Below, in pieces: positions 34,448 to 46,472 of a DNA stretch of 64,000 nucleotides (position 1 is its first letter; every line of letters begins with the position of its first letter). The notes beneath the pieces were generated by a model, which worked only from the letters and a program-made list of their open reading frames with translations, did no database searches and had not been told where the DNA came from. The DNA is from Cladosporium halotolerans (lineage: Eukaryota). The DNA is taken from contig NW_027191465.1 of assembly GCF_011745625.1 (NCBI RefSeq), positions 372,001 to 436,000 of the forward strand, written 5' to 3'. The translations under genes and the position numbers were made by a program.

Positions 34448-35887
34448 ATGCTCGACGAGAACCTGCCGGCCTTCTTCCTCAGGCCGTCGCAGGATGGCGT
34501 CAAACACCACCGCTCTTTCTACCTCTCCCACCATGGATCCGATCCAGAGCCGGCGTATGCCCTTCACCATGCCGATCCGGCCTCGCCATCCGCTAACCAC
34601 AAGAGCTGCTACGCCGCCGCTTTGTTCGACGCCTATACCCCGGACGTTCTCTTTGGCGAAGTCCTCGCACGACCGCTCTGGAATCAGCCCACACTATCCC
34701 AAGAGGAAATCCGGCGAAATGGGGGCGTGCCACCGCCACCGCAGCCTTCACTCCCCCACGAATTCTTCGTCCAGCTCTACAACCCCGACCAGCAAATCAA
34801 ATGCGCCGTGAAGGAAGGCAAATGGGGCTCGAGTGACAGCTACGAATTCAGCATGCCCGAGACCTCCTTCCGCACCCCGTCCGCCTCCAACCTCGACAAG
34901 GGCGCCGACGACCCCTCCAGCCTCGCCATCACCCCCAAAATCATCTTCACCTGGCGCAAGGAGAGTAAGCTCAGCAAAGACCTGACCTGCTACATGACCG
35001 GCAAATCCACCGACACGGAGAAGAAGAAGTCCAAAAAGGACCCCGACATCGCCATCGCCCTCTGGCGCAGCCTGCGCGAGCTGACCATCTACGAGTCCAA
35101 CCTCGGCCGCGTCGACATCGAAGACCCCAAGGGCCTCGAAGTCGTCCTTCTGCTCAGCGCAGTCGTCATCAAAGACCTGTACTTCTCCAGCAAAGACCGC
35201 CTGCACGAGACCTTCAACGTGTCGTCCGCCGCCGGCGCCGCCGCCGGAGAGCCCCGCAAACTCACGCCCCGCAAGGCCTCCTCCCCTCCCCTCGCCGCAG
35301 CCCCAGCCGTCCAACCCCCCCTCCCAGCTCCAACACCCAACGACCTAAAACGCTCCTCCCTCCCCCGCCTCCAAACCACTCCCCCCAACTCCACCTCCCG
35401 GCCCCCTCCCCTCGACCCCCGCGCCCAATGGGCCCTCGACGCCGAAACCGCCCGCCTGCGCTCCCAGGCCGACGCCGAGTCCCGCGCCCTCGCCCGCCGC
35501 GCCGCCGAGCGCGAGAAAGCCGCCGAGGCCGAGCGGCGCCGCTTGCAGCGCGTCGTCGCCGAAGAGGAGCGCGAGGCGGCCAGGAGGCGGAGGGAGGAGG
35601 TCGAGAGGGAGACGGAGAGGTTGAGGCGCTTGTATGGGAATCCTGGGCCTCAGGTGGCAAGGCAGGGCGGGCCGAGGTTGGGGAGCAATGGCTTGTACGT
35701 CAACCCTGGTGCGAGTTCGAGCAGCGTTTTCATGTCTGGAGGCAATCAGGGGGGTCTGAGGCCGCCGCAGGGCAAGCCGCAGAAGAAGAAGAGCAGTTTC
35801 TTCGGGCTGAGGAGTTCGAGCGATGATGCGGCGGGGCCGGCGGGGGAGCAGAGGCGGTTGGCGAAGAAGGGGTCGGCGATGTGGTGA
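34448..35887 (+). CDS. Conserved fungal hypothetical protein with C-terminal coiled coil
   Basis: 479-aa ORF MLDENLPAFF..., ACCATG context and strong codon bias. Confidence 0.8.
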   Translation: MLDENLPAFFLRPSQDGVKHHRSFYLSHHGSDPEPAYALHHADPASPSANHKSCYAAALFDAYTPDVLFGEVLARPLWNQPTLSQEEIRRNGGVPPPPQPSLPHEFFVQLYNPDQQIKCAVKEGKWGSSDSYEFSMPETSFRTPSASNLDKGADDPSSLAITPKIIFTWRKESKLSKDLTCYMTGKSTDTEKKKSKKDPDIAIALWRSLRELTIYESNLGRVDIEDPKGLEVVLLLSAVVIKDLYFSSKDRLHETFNVSSAAGAAAGEPRKLTPRKASSPPLAAAPAVQPPLPAPTPNDLKRSSLPRLQTTPPNSTSRPPPLDPRAQWALDAETARLRSQADAESRALARRAAEREKAAEAERRRLQRVVAEEEREAARRRREEVERETERLRRLYGNPGPQVARQGGPRLGSNGLYVNPGASSSSVFMSGGNQGGLRPPQGKPQKKKSSFFGLRSSSDDAAGPAGEQRRLAKKGSAMW

Positions 35888-36708
35888 GGGATGGATCTAG
35901 CGGGTACGGTTTTTGAAGAAGGGGCTTACGTCGTTGCATTGTCGTTTCCAGCGTGGAGTTTGGGCGGCGGGATGGGATACCCTTGGGATTTACATGCACT
36001 TTTGGGGCGGATCATAGGTCCATCTGCGAGTAAATCGATATGTTTTACACCTATACTGGCTACCAGCTATTTCTAGTCGTGGTCGAGAGTGTTTCTTCTG
36101 AAAACACATATTGTCGTGGCGTTTGAAGGCTGCCGAGGTGTGGTCGGCTTGGACGAGGGATGAAGTCCGCTTTCGCACTTCGAAACCCAATGTTCATGCT
36201 TTGCCGGCACAGGCAGTCAAACATATATATGAAAGCCAGCTGGGATCACAGCTGAATTCTCCCAAACCATCGTGAAAAGAAGGCACAATGAAAACCAGCT
36301 CGGCTCGACTGTTACGCGCTGATCAATATGTGAGGGCGTAACCACCGAGCCCATTGTACAGTTTACAGAAGGTGCAAAGCCCATTCGGTATTTTCAGCCC
36401 GTTCTCGAAAGATCACTCTCATCGGCGCCTCATTTTTACTGAGGTGATGAACGCGAGGAATACTGATCTATTTCCCCATGCACTGTGGGGCTCGCATCGA
36501 GTGGGCCACACCCCACGTTCAAGGGCTTTTGTGGCGAAGATTTCGCGCTACGATCAAGTCGAATGATCAAGACGCATTTGATCGTCTACCAGGCCGTTAT
36601 GAAAGACCAGCCTCTCTTTGCGAGTAACTTCGTATACTTTTAGTTCTCATTGAACCCTACAGCACCATATGGCAGCGGGCTACTTTCCACTCTAACGAAG
36701 CATCCTTC

Positions 36709-38233
36709 ATGATGTTTCGTCAAACTCCCGACGTCACGGAAGACGACGATCCACAAGACGAGGCGCGCGACGGGATCTACCCCGAAGGCGGATGGCGGGC
36801 GTGGTCAGTTGTCTTAGGGGCCTGGTGTGCAATGGTGCCTTCCATGGGCATGCTCAATACCATCGGTGTCCTGGATGCCTGGATCGGCGAGAATCAACTG
36901 GCCAGCCTACCAAAATCACAGACGGCCTGGATAGTAAGCTTGTACGCATTTCTGCTGTATCTCGGGGGCTCTTGCATAGGTGAGGCGGCTTTCGATACTC
37001 TCATGCTATCTGGTACTTGGTACGCTTGGACTAACAATTGTGACATTGCAGGCGCAATCTTTGATCGGTACGGTCTTCGGCCTGTCATCATCCCCGGGTC
37101 TATTGGCATGGTGGTCTCGCTCATGTGTCTTAGCGTTAGCACAGGCAAGTAAAAACGCAGTGGATACCTAATGCTACGACTGACCATTTTGTGCAGAGTA
37201 TTATCAGTTCCTCTTGTCGTTCGGCGTCCTAGGCGGCTTATCGGCATGCTGTCTCTTCACGCCCAGTGTGTCGACGATCGGCCATTGGTTTTGCAAACGG
37301 CAAGGTCTCGCGACGGGCATCGCGTGCACAGCCGGCGGGATCGGCGGGATAGTGTTCTCTCTCATTATCCTCTACTGCGCCCCTGTCATCGGGTTTGGCT
37401 GGACGATGCGGATCATCGGCTTCATATCTTTAGGCCTGTGCTGCATTGCCTGCGCTACCTTGCAGACGCGGGAAGAGGCCTTATCGAAGGCCGAGAAACA
37501 CGGAAAACCGGGACTGCTTGCTTGCCTGAGGACGGCTATCGACCTCCGACCTTTAGCCCACGACCGCCCTTACCTTGCCACTACGGTTGCTGTCTGGCTG
37601 ATTGAATTCGCCGTCTTCATTCCCTTAACCTACATCTCCTCCGCCGCGATCAGTACAGGACAAGGGATGAGCTCAGAGCACGCCTACCGCCTGTTAACTC
37701 TGCTCAACGTTGGCTCGGTTCCCGGTCGCGCTCTGCCAGGCTACCTAGCCGACCGCTTTGGACGATTCAACGTCATGATACTCACAGCATTTGTTTGCCT
37801 GGTACTAATCCTTTGCATCTGGCTCCCTCCCACAGTGCTCGGGACAGCCAACGAGCCGGCATTCACGGCTTTCGCAGTCCTCTTCGGCTTCTGGAGCGGA
37901 GCGGCGATTAGTCTGACGCCGGTGTGTATAGCTCAAGTGAGCCGCGTCGAGGAGATAGGGAAGAGAGTTGGGACGACGTTCTCTATTTCGAGCGTAGGCG
38001 CTCTCGTCGGTGTGCCGATCGGTGGAGCAATTGTCGATGCGAATGGTGGAGACTATACTGGTCTGGTAGGGTTCGCGGCGGGATGCTATGTTCTGGCTTT
38101 AGGGGGGTTTGTCGTAGCTAGGTTTATAGCTAGCCTAACGCGCGCGAAAGCTATCTATCAAGGGATCGCTATTAATTTCATAGAGCTTATAAGAAACACA
38201 TATATAGAATCCAAAATCTGGAGAGATATATAA
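36709..38233 (+). CDS. MFS monocarboxylate/riboflavin transporter (MCH-like)
   Basis: Three exons. PEGGWRAWSVVLGAW, IGHWF.KRQGLATGIA..GG, GRALPGYLADRFGRFN, and multiple TM helices. Confidence 0.92.
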
Positions 38234-38381
38234 TACCGAGGGATATCTTCCCAAAGTCTAAGATGTTCATAGCGTAAAGGCACGTATGCCCTGCTAGTAA
38301 TAGTGTGGTCTTATGACTGGCAGAATAAGAATAAACGTTCAGCCAAATGGGTTCAGGATAGCGCGTATGCTACCCACTAGG
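38066..38381 (+). repeat. Left direct repeat (MFS 3' end + spacer + remnant of the CCDC130 3' end)
   Basis: Shares ggatgctatgttctggctttagg, tatcttcccaaa, taaaggcacgtatgcc and ttcagccaaatgggttca with 45308-45621, in colinear order. Confidence 0.9.
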
Positions 38382-39535
38382 GCATCTGGGACCGTTCATT
38401 AGAATGAAGTGCTACGAACCAAACTGAGCCGCTGACCGATCCGAAGCTGAGCAGCAGCGATTGCGCAGTGGCATGACCTGAGATCGACTGTGTAACAGGA
38501 AGCCTATGCTGGCAATGTTTAGCCACTTATATGGAGCTTGCCCTCTGAGCGCGATCATTGATGAGGTCCTTGGACTGCCACCAATCTTAGAAAAAGTCTA
38601 TCAACGAAGAAAGAAACGTACCTGTGACCGTTACATATCAGAAACCGAGCAGGATTCAAGTCTACTCTTGGCGTACAATTTGCCTCTACCTTGCTTGTGA
38701 GAGCAGAAGTTAGCGTCAAGTCTGTATAAGCATTCACCGTTGTCTGCTTAATACCCGATTTCTTTACAAATCTCTGCAAAGCGCCTCTCCAATGCAGCAC
38801 GGTGGACCCGATCCTGCTTCTTGAGCGAAACCAATGCGTGGCCTTAACACCTGGATTGCTCGTAATGATTCCGCATCATCTCCTTGATTGCATTGACGTA
38901 CGCATAGTCTAAGATTGCAGTGGTCTCGAGTAAGTCTCCTAATTTGCTCTCATTCGCCTCCAGTCTGTCTCAAGTGCATGATGCATGAGATTCTAGCGCA
39001 GACTCGATGCCTCTATTGACCCGTCCGTTGGCATTACGGTATCCGTATATTAACAACGGGATTCCCCCCGCTAGTCGGCTAGTGAAAGAATGGATTTTCA
39101 GATAGACTCGCAGCCGCGCCGGCTTTGTATGCTTTGTCGAAAGGCGCAAGCCCCTCAAGTAACTGCGTATGAGCGTTTGGAATTAAATCGTTCCAAGCAA
39201 CTCCTAATCTGCAATGCAACCACACACTTCATGTGAGGGGCGGGGAAAATGCCGGACTATTTACCACTGGCAAGCTGTAGGACGTTTCGCTCAATCCAAT
39301 AAGTGCAAACCCGATAATCCGGAAACATGTTGAGCTCGTTACATGGAGTGGAATGTCTTCTGATCATTGGAAATTACACTGGGCTCAAGTTATGATAACT
39401 GACCGGATATATATTTCAACGAGTGTATATGACAATAGTTGTCCTTCAGTCGTGAGTCTTAACAACAGTATGTTCTGAGCTTCCTAGCACCCTTCACGAG
39501 GAGCTGTATAGCTCAGCCAATGCAACTAAATTGCT

Positions 39536-39882
39536 TTAGGCAGAGCACGAGTCCTTTGGATAACCATCGTTGCAAGCTCCATTCTGGCATTTGATGCCAA
39601 TGCAAGACTCAGAGAATTCCCAGTAATGGTTTCCGTTGCCAGAGGGGTTGCACTTGATCTAGACTCAATTAGTGCTATTGGTTCGACGATAGCATTATCC
39701 AGGATTTCAACGCATTGTATAGCCAGAAAATATGATATGTCACTTACAACGGTGCACTCATCGTTTGAGCAGCCCAAGGTGCCAATGTGTTTACCACCGC
39801 AGCTGCTACCGAGTTTGTGGGTAGCCGACACGGATGCCGCTAGAACGGTAAAAGCAGCGCACATGGTGGTGGAGAAGTGCAT
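39536..39882 (-). CDS. Small secreted cysteine-rich protein (85 aa, 8 Cys in mature part), effector candidate
   Basis: Exons 39882-39748 and 39658-39536 (GTAAGT..CTAAT..TAG). MHFSTTMCAAFTVLAASVSA-THKLGSSCGGKHIGTLGCSNDECTVIKCNPSGNGNHYWEFSESCIGIKCQNGACNDGYPKDSCSA*. TATATAA at 40003-39997. Confidence 0.85.
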
Positions 39883-41999
39883 ATTGGAAATGGAAGAGTT
39901 GGATCTTGTTTGCTTTGGTTAAAGATGTAGCGTTCGTATTGATAGGAGGCGGCTGATGTGAGATAACGAGAGTTCAGAAAGTGAGAAGGTCGGATCTTAT
40001 ATACCTATTCACTGCCTTTTATTAGCTACTTCCTTGGCGTTCTACGCGGCCTTCCAATTGAGCTGAGGAGCATCTGAGCCTGAAGGATTAGTTGTGTGGG
40101 TCCATTCTTCCTTTATCGCAGGGTTATGTTCGCAGTCGAAGGATGAGTCGACATTGGAGTTAGTAACGATTCGGGATAATGGCACGAGCTGACCACCGAG
40201 GTCACGGTTCAAGCAGGATTCCTACACTGCCACACGAAAGCTGCGAAGTACTCTTCGAGAACAAAGTTGCACTGGCCTAGCCATTGCTTCTATCAGGTCT
40301 TATTGCCTAATCATGGTATCTCAATGACCGTGAGAGCGAGACGACATACTCTTAGTCGCAGTGGAATATGCTTAGTGTATGCAAGTGAGGACGCAAGTTA
40401 GTGAGGCGCAATGCATAGTTACGAACACCTTGAGTTGGAGTGCGTCACGTCGGAACATTAGTAGTGGGCCAGCATAAGTGTTGGGCAGAGCGCAACAAAG
40501 AACCTTTACAGGCTGTGATCGACGACATGCATACAATAAATTCTTGCAACAATGCGCTGGCATCTCGGTTGCGTGGATACATTCCCGACCTGATATGATC
40601 CTAATCGTGAAGATCCGCCAAACTTAGACTTCAAGGAGTGAAGTTCAGTGCCCCTGGATTTATGTCTAGTCGCTTATGGTCACACCCTCCGCTCCCACAG
40701 CCAGCTTCTTGGCGTCAGCTTGATTGTTGCAATGACGTCAGCGCACATAGAGGCACATAGAGGCCTAGTACTCGAACACTAGTCGAGCTGAAAGTCAAGG
40801 TCTGATCGTGGACAAGCTCGATCTGCTCTCTACACGCCAGAAATAGCTTCAACAGAAGTCGAAGAGGCCGCATGGAATGAGATCTGCAGTTTGCAGTACG
40901 GCGAATGAGAAAGCCGACCGAAATCCGTAGCAGCCGACCGAGGATGGAGATGTAACTGAATAAAAAACGCTCCCGACTACGGAAGAAGAGGCAAAAACAG
41001 ACACGATCCAACCAGACCTCGAGCACAATGCGCCAGTTCACGTGATCTCGACGTCCCTAGAAAAATCGTCGTTTTCACCATCACCGCAATCCGGCCTCTC
41101 TAGACACCCGCGTGGCTGGAATAAGGGCCAAAGGTCATGATAGACGCGACGCCCTCGGCGTTGGCGCACGCAGTGGAGCCGGGATCATGGTCTACGAGTC
41201 ATGCACTGATGTTGGCTTGATCAGCCCAGTTTCTTGCAAGGCGGCTTAGCAGGCCTATTCATATTGGGCTGCTGACGGGCCGCACTGTGGGCTATCGAGG
41301 CAACACAATCGACTCTGCTGGGAATTCAGAGGTCAAACATGTGCAAGATAAATCCGTTTGACCTAAAGCCAGGCCTCGTGAAGTCAGAGAACAGCCATGA
41401 AAGAGGCAAGAATATGGACGGCCATGAGGTAGACTTACGTACATAGCCTGAAGGACAGACATCATCACTACCGTCACTTCTCCCAAGAGATAAATTTAGG
41501 TGTAGATTTACGGTCCGCTTGAACCGTCGTACGCGCCAAGGTGAGGCTGAGCCGGTGAAGTGGGTCGGCATGTTTACAGATGCATTGCTGCAGGGTTCAG
41601 GACGCCTGTTGTGTTCCACGCTTCCCTCAACCAGCTTCCCTAACAGTACACCGTCGGGGGACATCTTCGGGGGTGGGGGGGCAACTGGCGTGAGCTGAAT
41701 GCTGCAAAGTCTCTCGCCTCAGCCCTACTTTGCTTTGCATCTGAGTGAACGTCACAGCCATGGCTTTGCTAATGGATCGATGGGTCAGAAGCGTTTCTAG
41801 TAGTGATCGTCGAACTTGCATTAAGGATGCTGCGCACTCTATCAGGTCGGCTCAGCCGGGCTTTTGAGTCACGAGGACGGCCCTAGGGACTATAACAAGC
41901 TGCGCAGTGCGAGGCAACGGCGAGCATTCTCCAGCTTCGTTGGAATATATTTGAGTGATGCGAGCCTGCTGCCTCTGAAGAGTGGTTGCCTGACGAACA

Positions 42000-44546
42000 A
42001 TGGCATTTTTCAACGTCAACTACAGCGCATTGAATTTCTCCAAGAAGGGTGATGTCTCGCCCCAGCATGAGCTGTCCGGCTTAGAGCTCGGACAGGTCCA
42101 AACTCCAAGGTCAGTCGTCCTGGTCTTCCTGGTACTCTTCCTAGCATATAGGATGGCAAGCTTAACTATGAATGACAGAATCTCAGGTCACCTCTCAACT
42201 GGGGCTAGTCTTATTGAAACGAACAACGACGATGACAGACCATTTGTTGAGCACAACGGAGCAAACAAGGACTCCAAGGACACAACGGCAGGACCGGCGA
42301 GCTCGGAACTCCCACTGGACTCTGAGGAAACCATACGCCATAACCAACAACGTAGAAGACTTCAAGGCTGGAGATTTGGCGTTGCATTTTCTGCGACACT
42401 GGCAGCCATAGTGTTGATGATCAACTTTGTTCTGGTGCTCTGGGCAAGTCTACGCCATCCACTACACGATGGTATAGGACGACTTTACGTCGGCGAATGC
42501 AACCTCGTTGATACCATGTCCTTCTGGGTACATTTACTCATCAACGGTCTGAGCTCAGCCCTGCTAGGCGCCTCTAACTATACGATGCAATGCCTCGCCT
42601 CCCCAACTCGATCAGAATGTGATACCGCTCACGCGCGTGGAGAGTGGCTCGAAATCGGTACCAGTGGGGTGCACAACCTCAAACGAGTTTCCTGGAAGCG
42701 TAGCACCGCTTGGGTCCTCTTAGGTCTGAGTAGTGTACCGATCCACCTTCTCTTCAACTCGACTGTTTTCAAGGCACTAGATGGCACTCTGCATAACATG
42801 GCTCTTGTGAACACAGCTTTCTTCGACAGGCCAAACGTGTCTGGCGATGTCGAGGCGACGGTTCGGGATCAAGGCTTTCCACCGACCTCCAGAGCGGCTT
42901 CCCAGTCCCTAGAGTTTGTTCAACACATGCAGCACACATATGCGGCCGATCAAGCCCAATTTGATCTGCTGAGCGCATCGGACTGTGTTTCTACATACGG
43001 CATGCAATTCGTCACTGGCCATTCGGACGTATTACTTGTGACTGCAGGCAACGATGTGCAAGATGAACGCACTGTGTTCTTCACAAGCTTTCTGTCGAGG
43101 GCTGAATCAGACTCATGGTGAGCTTTCATTACCCTGTAGATCTTTTGCCACCCTCTCACTCCGGCGCCCCCCCCCTCCTTTCTTCGTTGGCCGGGGAAAC
43201 ATAACTCCCAGGTTTCGGAGCCCTGTTCTTAATATCAGACCGCCTCTTCAGCCACATCTGAGCGTTACTTCCACTGACGCCACTATAGGATATGTCAGGA
43301 TGTGGACTACGGCTCATGGTATTGCGACTTCTCTAAAGTTCAGAGCAACATTACCAACTGGACTGTCGCTGGTCGAAAAATCGATCATTGCCTCGCAAAA
43401 CGCACAGACTCATACTGCCAGCTGCAGTTCTCCTCGCCCATCTCTATCGCTGTACTAGTGTGCAACCTGATCAAAGTGCTGTGTATGCTTTGGCTACTGC
43501 TGCTGCAGCGCGATGTAACACTTGTCACTTGGGGAGATGCAATTTCTAGTTGGCTGGATCAACCGGACGAGATCACGAAAAATTGTTGCCTCATGGGCAA
43601 GCAAGAGCTTACGGGACGAATGAATAGACCTGGCGACGTGTCTTTCTGTTCGCCTGAAACTGCTCATCCACTTCCCTCTCGCAATACTTTTCAACCTCGC
43701 TGGCATCACGCCGTGAGTTGGAGACGGCGGGCGGCTACATACAGCCTTTGCGTCGGAGCGCTAGTTGCCACCGGAGTGTTCCTTCATCAAGCCATCTCAG
43801 GCGTCCTCAAAGGAATCGTGGGACCAGACAGAAGCAGGTCTAATCCGATCACGTCTCTCGGTTTTGGCACCATTGAGGCAGATCTCGTCGTCGATATCGG
43901 TCTTCCAGAAAATGGTGGCCAAGGGTTCGCCGCCTCTGTCCTCCTTGCAAACTTGCCCCAGCTGGTCTCGTCGCTGCTATACATGTCCTACAATGGCTTG
44001 TATACATGCATGCACCTTGCGCATGAGTACAGTGGATTCGCCAAACATCGTAAGCCGCTGCGGGTTACGACGCCACGTGGCAAGCAAAGGACAACGTACT
44101 GGCTGCAGCTACCATACTCGTACAGTGTACCGTTACTTGTGACCTCGGTACTCCTACATTGGCTTGTCTCGCAATCGCTATTCTTGGTACGGATATCCTT
44201 CTGGTCGGACGGCGTGGAAATGGTGGAGTATAGCTCCTCAGCAGTGGGATACAGCTGTGCTCCCATCATGTGCGTAATGATACTAGGCGGCTGCATGACA
44301 CTGATAGCAATGGGACTGGGTTTTCGGAAACTCGACTGTCGTATGCCCGTTGCGGGAAGCTGCTCCATTGTTTTGGCCGCGGCCGCTCACAGGCCAGAGG
44401 CAGACGATAATGCCGCTATCTTACCGGTGAAGTGGGGCGAGGTGTCAGATGCATCTGTGTGTGACCCGGTAATTGGGCACTGTTGCTTCACGAGCGGAGA
44501 AGTGACGGATGTTCAAGAGGGTAAATTCTATGCTGGACATTTGTAG
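42000..44546 (+). CDS. Multi-pass membrane protein, DUF6536-like
   Basis: Probable introns at ~42109-42178 and 43118-43288. HLLINGLSSALLGASNYTMQCL.SPTR.ECD.AH..G.WLEIG, ANLPQL, RKPLRVT.PRG.QR.TYWLQLPY.YS.PL, GSCS..LAAAAH. Confidence 0.85.
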
Positions 44547-45307
44547 GTGCTGAAACACTCGGATCGGCAAGCGTCGTGTAGTTAAACGCTTCCATCAAGA
44601 CCTGTTTTACAAATCTTCTTTTCATAATCACTGCGACTTCGGTCGTTATGCTTCGTTCGTTTTAGAGTCACTGATACTAACCACATTCGTATGCTCTCTT
44701 GTTCCTTCTTTCGGATATACGCATAGTATGCATCCACATCAAAGATTGATTCACTACTCCGTCGCTCGGACTTATCCTCTTTCAGTTCCTCAAGCACAGT
44801 TAGAAAGCACGATATCCGTTAACGAGACGAAGCCAAGAGAATATGATGCGGAGCGAGTCTGACGAGATCTCTACAGAATTTCCCAAGGATGCTTCATTTA
44901 CCCCCTAAAATCACGGTACAAGTTCGCTTCAGGGCAAGTTCTTGGTTCATATCCAAGGAAGCAATGGACAATTCCGAACCGGCAATGATGTTACTAGAAC
45001 TTCTTTGGCCATCCATTACGACGAACTTGAAAATCGACTAGCAGACCCAGAATTGCTTCAGTCTATACCTTCGCTAGCGGATCCCGAAGACCCCCAGAAC
45101 AGCAGATTACCTTCGCCAGCCACGCAAGGCCGTGCAAGTCAGAACTGCGCTTACTATCGTCGCATCGGGAATGTTGATTTGAAATGCCACTGTAACGCAA
45201 ACTGTAGCGGGCGAATGGGACATTACATAGGGCAAAGGCTCTTGATCCGGGTACGGCGGAGCAGGCGCAATAACATTGTCCTCCCCAAGATCGCAAAGAG
45301 TAGACCA

Positions 45308-45621
45308 GGTGGGTTTGCGACAGGATGCTATGTTCTGGCTTTAGGAGGGTTTGTCGTGGCTTGGTTTATAGCTGCTCCGAAACGCGTAGTAGCTGTCTAT
45401 TGAAGTTTAACTATATGAGCTACATATAATTGAGAAATAAATGGGCAGGATGTACAGGATCGTGAGATGTGTAATGCCAACGGGTATCTTCCCAAACTCC
45501 AGGTAATCATATCATAAAGGCACGTATGCCTTGCCAGTGACGATTGTGTGGTTTTCAAACCAACAAGTAGGTTAGATTTCAGCCAAATGGGTTCAAGGCA
45601 GCGCGTGTGCTGCCTACTAGG
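45308..45621 (+). repeat. Right direct repeat (MFS 3' remnant + spacer + functional CCDC130 3' end)
   Basis: Encodes an orphan GFATGCYVLALGGFVVAWFIAAPKRVVAVY*, which matches the MFS C-terminus. Confidence 0.9.
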
Positions 45622-46472
45622 CGACGCCGCAAAGCATCTTTCTTGCTCTCGCTGTGCTTGACAGCCGAGCTCGATTTTGATCGTGAAGGTGTCTTCACAG
45701 TTTGGCGAGCCGGTGATCGTAAGAAGTTGCTCGAACCAGTTCCATTTGGCGCATTAACGTTAGTGCTCCCAAAAGAGACTAACTTGGCTCTTTGAGCATC
45801 TTGTTCTGCTTCGGGCAATATATCGATGTTCGTGCCTAGCCTCTCCTTCAAGCTTTCCGTGGCATCATCTTCCCTCTTACGAAGTTTTCTCTCACGACGG
45901 AATGTGTTTCTCAGCTTTTTGTTGACCGCACCAGGATCTTCCCAGTCTCGCTCCCTAGATCGATATAACTCCTCAATCCGCTTCGCATTATCCTTCACGG
46001 CTTCTCTATCCTCTACCTTGCGCTCAAGGGCCGCGAAAGCATCCTCCCTCCTCCTTTCCCTCTCTTCGGGCGTCAAAATTGGCAGGCCATCTTCGCCTTC
46101 TCGAACGCGATCTTTGCCCTCGCCGTAGTCTCTCGCCTTACCCCCATCCGTAACAACATAGGCAGTCTCTTTCGGATCGGTCTTGATCTCCAAGTACCCA
46201 CCACACGCCGCGTGCTTGATCCTGAACTGCCAGATCGGCGTACTATAGTAATAGCCAATCTTTTTCTTCTCGGCATTAAAGCGCACGCCCTGTCCGATTA
46301 TGGCATGGGGCTTGCAGGTATGACACCAGACGGCGAAGGGCATTTCGAAGCGGACGGTCTGCGTGCCGTCCTTGCGGAGCGTCCCAGGCGCACGCTTCTT
46401 GTTCAGCCGGTTGCCGGACGTGGTACCTTCGAGCTCCGGCGGGACGTAGCGTCCCATGTTGAAGCCTTGCAT
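45579..46472 (-). CDS. CCDC130: Saf4/Yju2 (CWC16) family splicing factor, CCDC130-type
   Basis: MQGFNMGRYVPP, VRFEMPFAVWC..C, GQGVRFNAEKKK.G.YYSTPIW.F, IKTDPK. Confidence 0.92.
   Translation of the reverse strand: MQGFNMGRYVPPELEGTTSGNRLNKKRAPGTLRKDGTQTVRFEMPFAVWCHTCKPHAIIGQGVRFNAEKKKIGYYYSTPIWQFRIKHAACGGYLEIKTDPKETAYVVTDGGKARDYGEGKDRVREGEDGLPILTPEERERRREDAFAALERKVEDREAVKDNAKRIEELYRSRERDWEDPGAVNKKLRNTFRRERKLRKREDDATESLKERLGTNIDILPEAEQDAQRAKLVSFGSTNVNAPNGTGSSNFLRSPARQTVKTPSRSKSSSAVKHSESKKDALRRRLVGSTRAALNPFG

Noticed and set aside
44942..45403. 153-aa ORF ending in an MFS-like helix
   Set aside because: Non-ATG start; the only recognisable part is the duplicated MFS tail in the right direct repeat.
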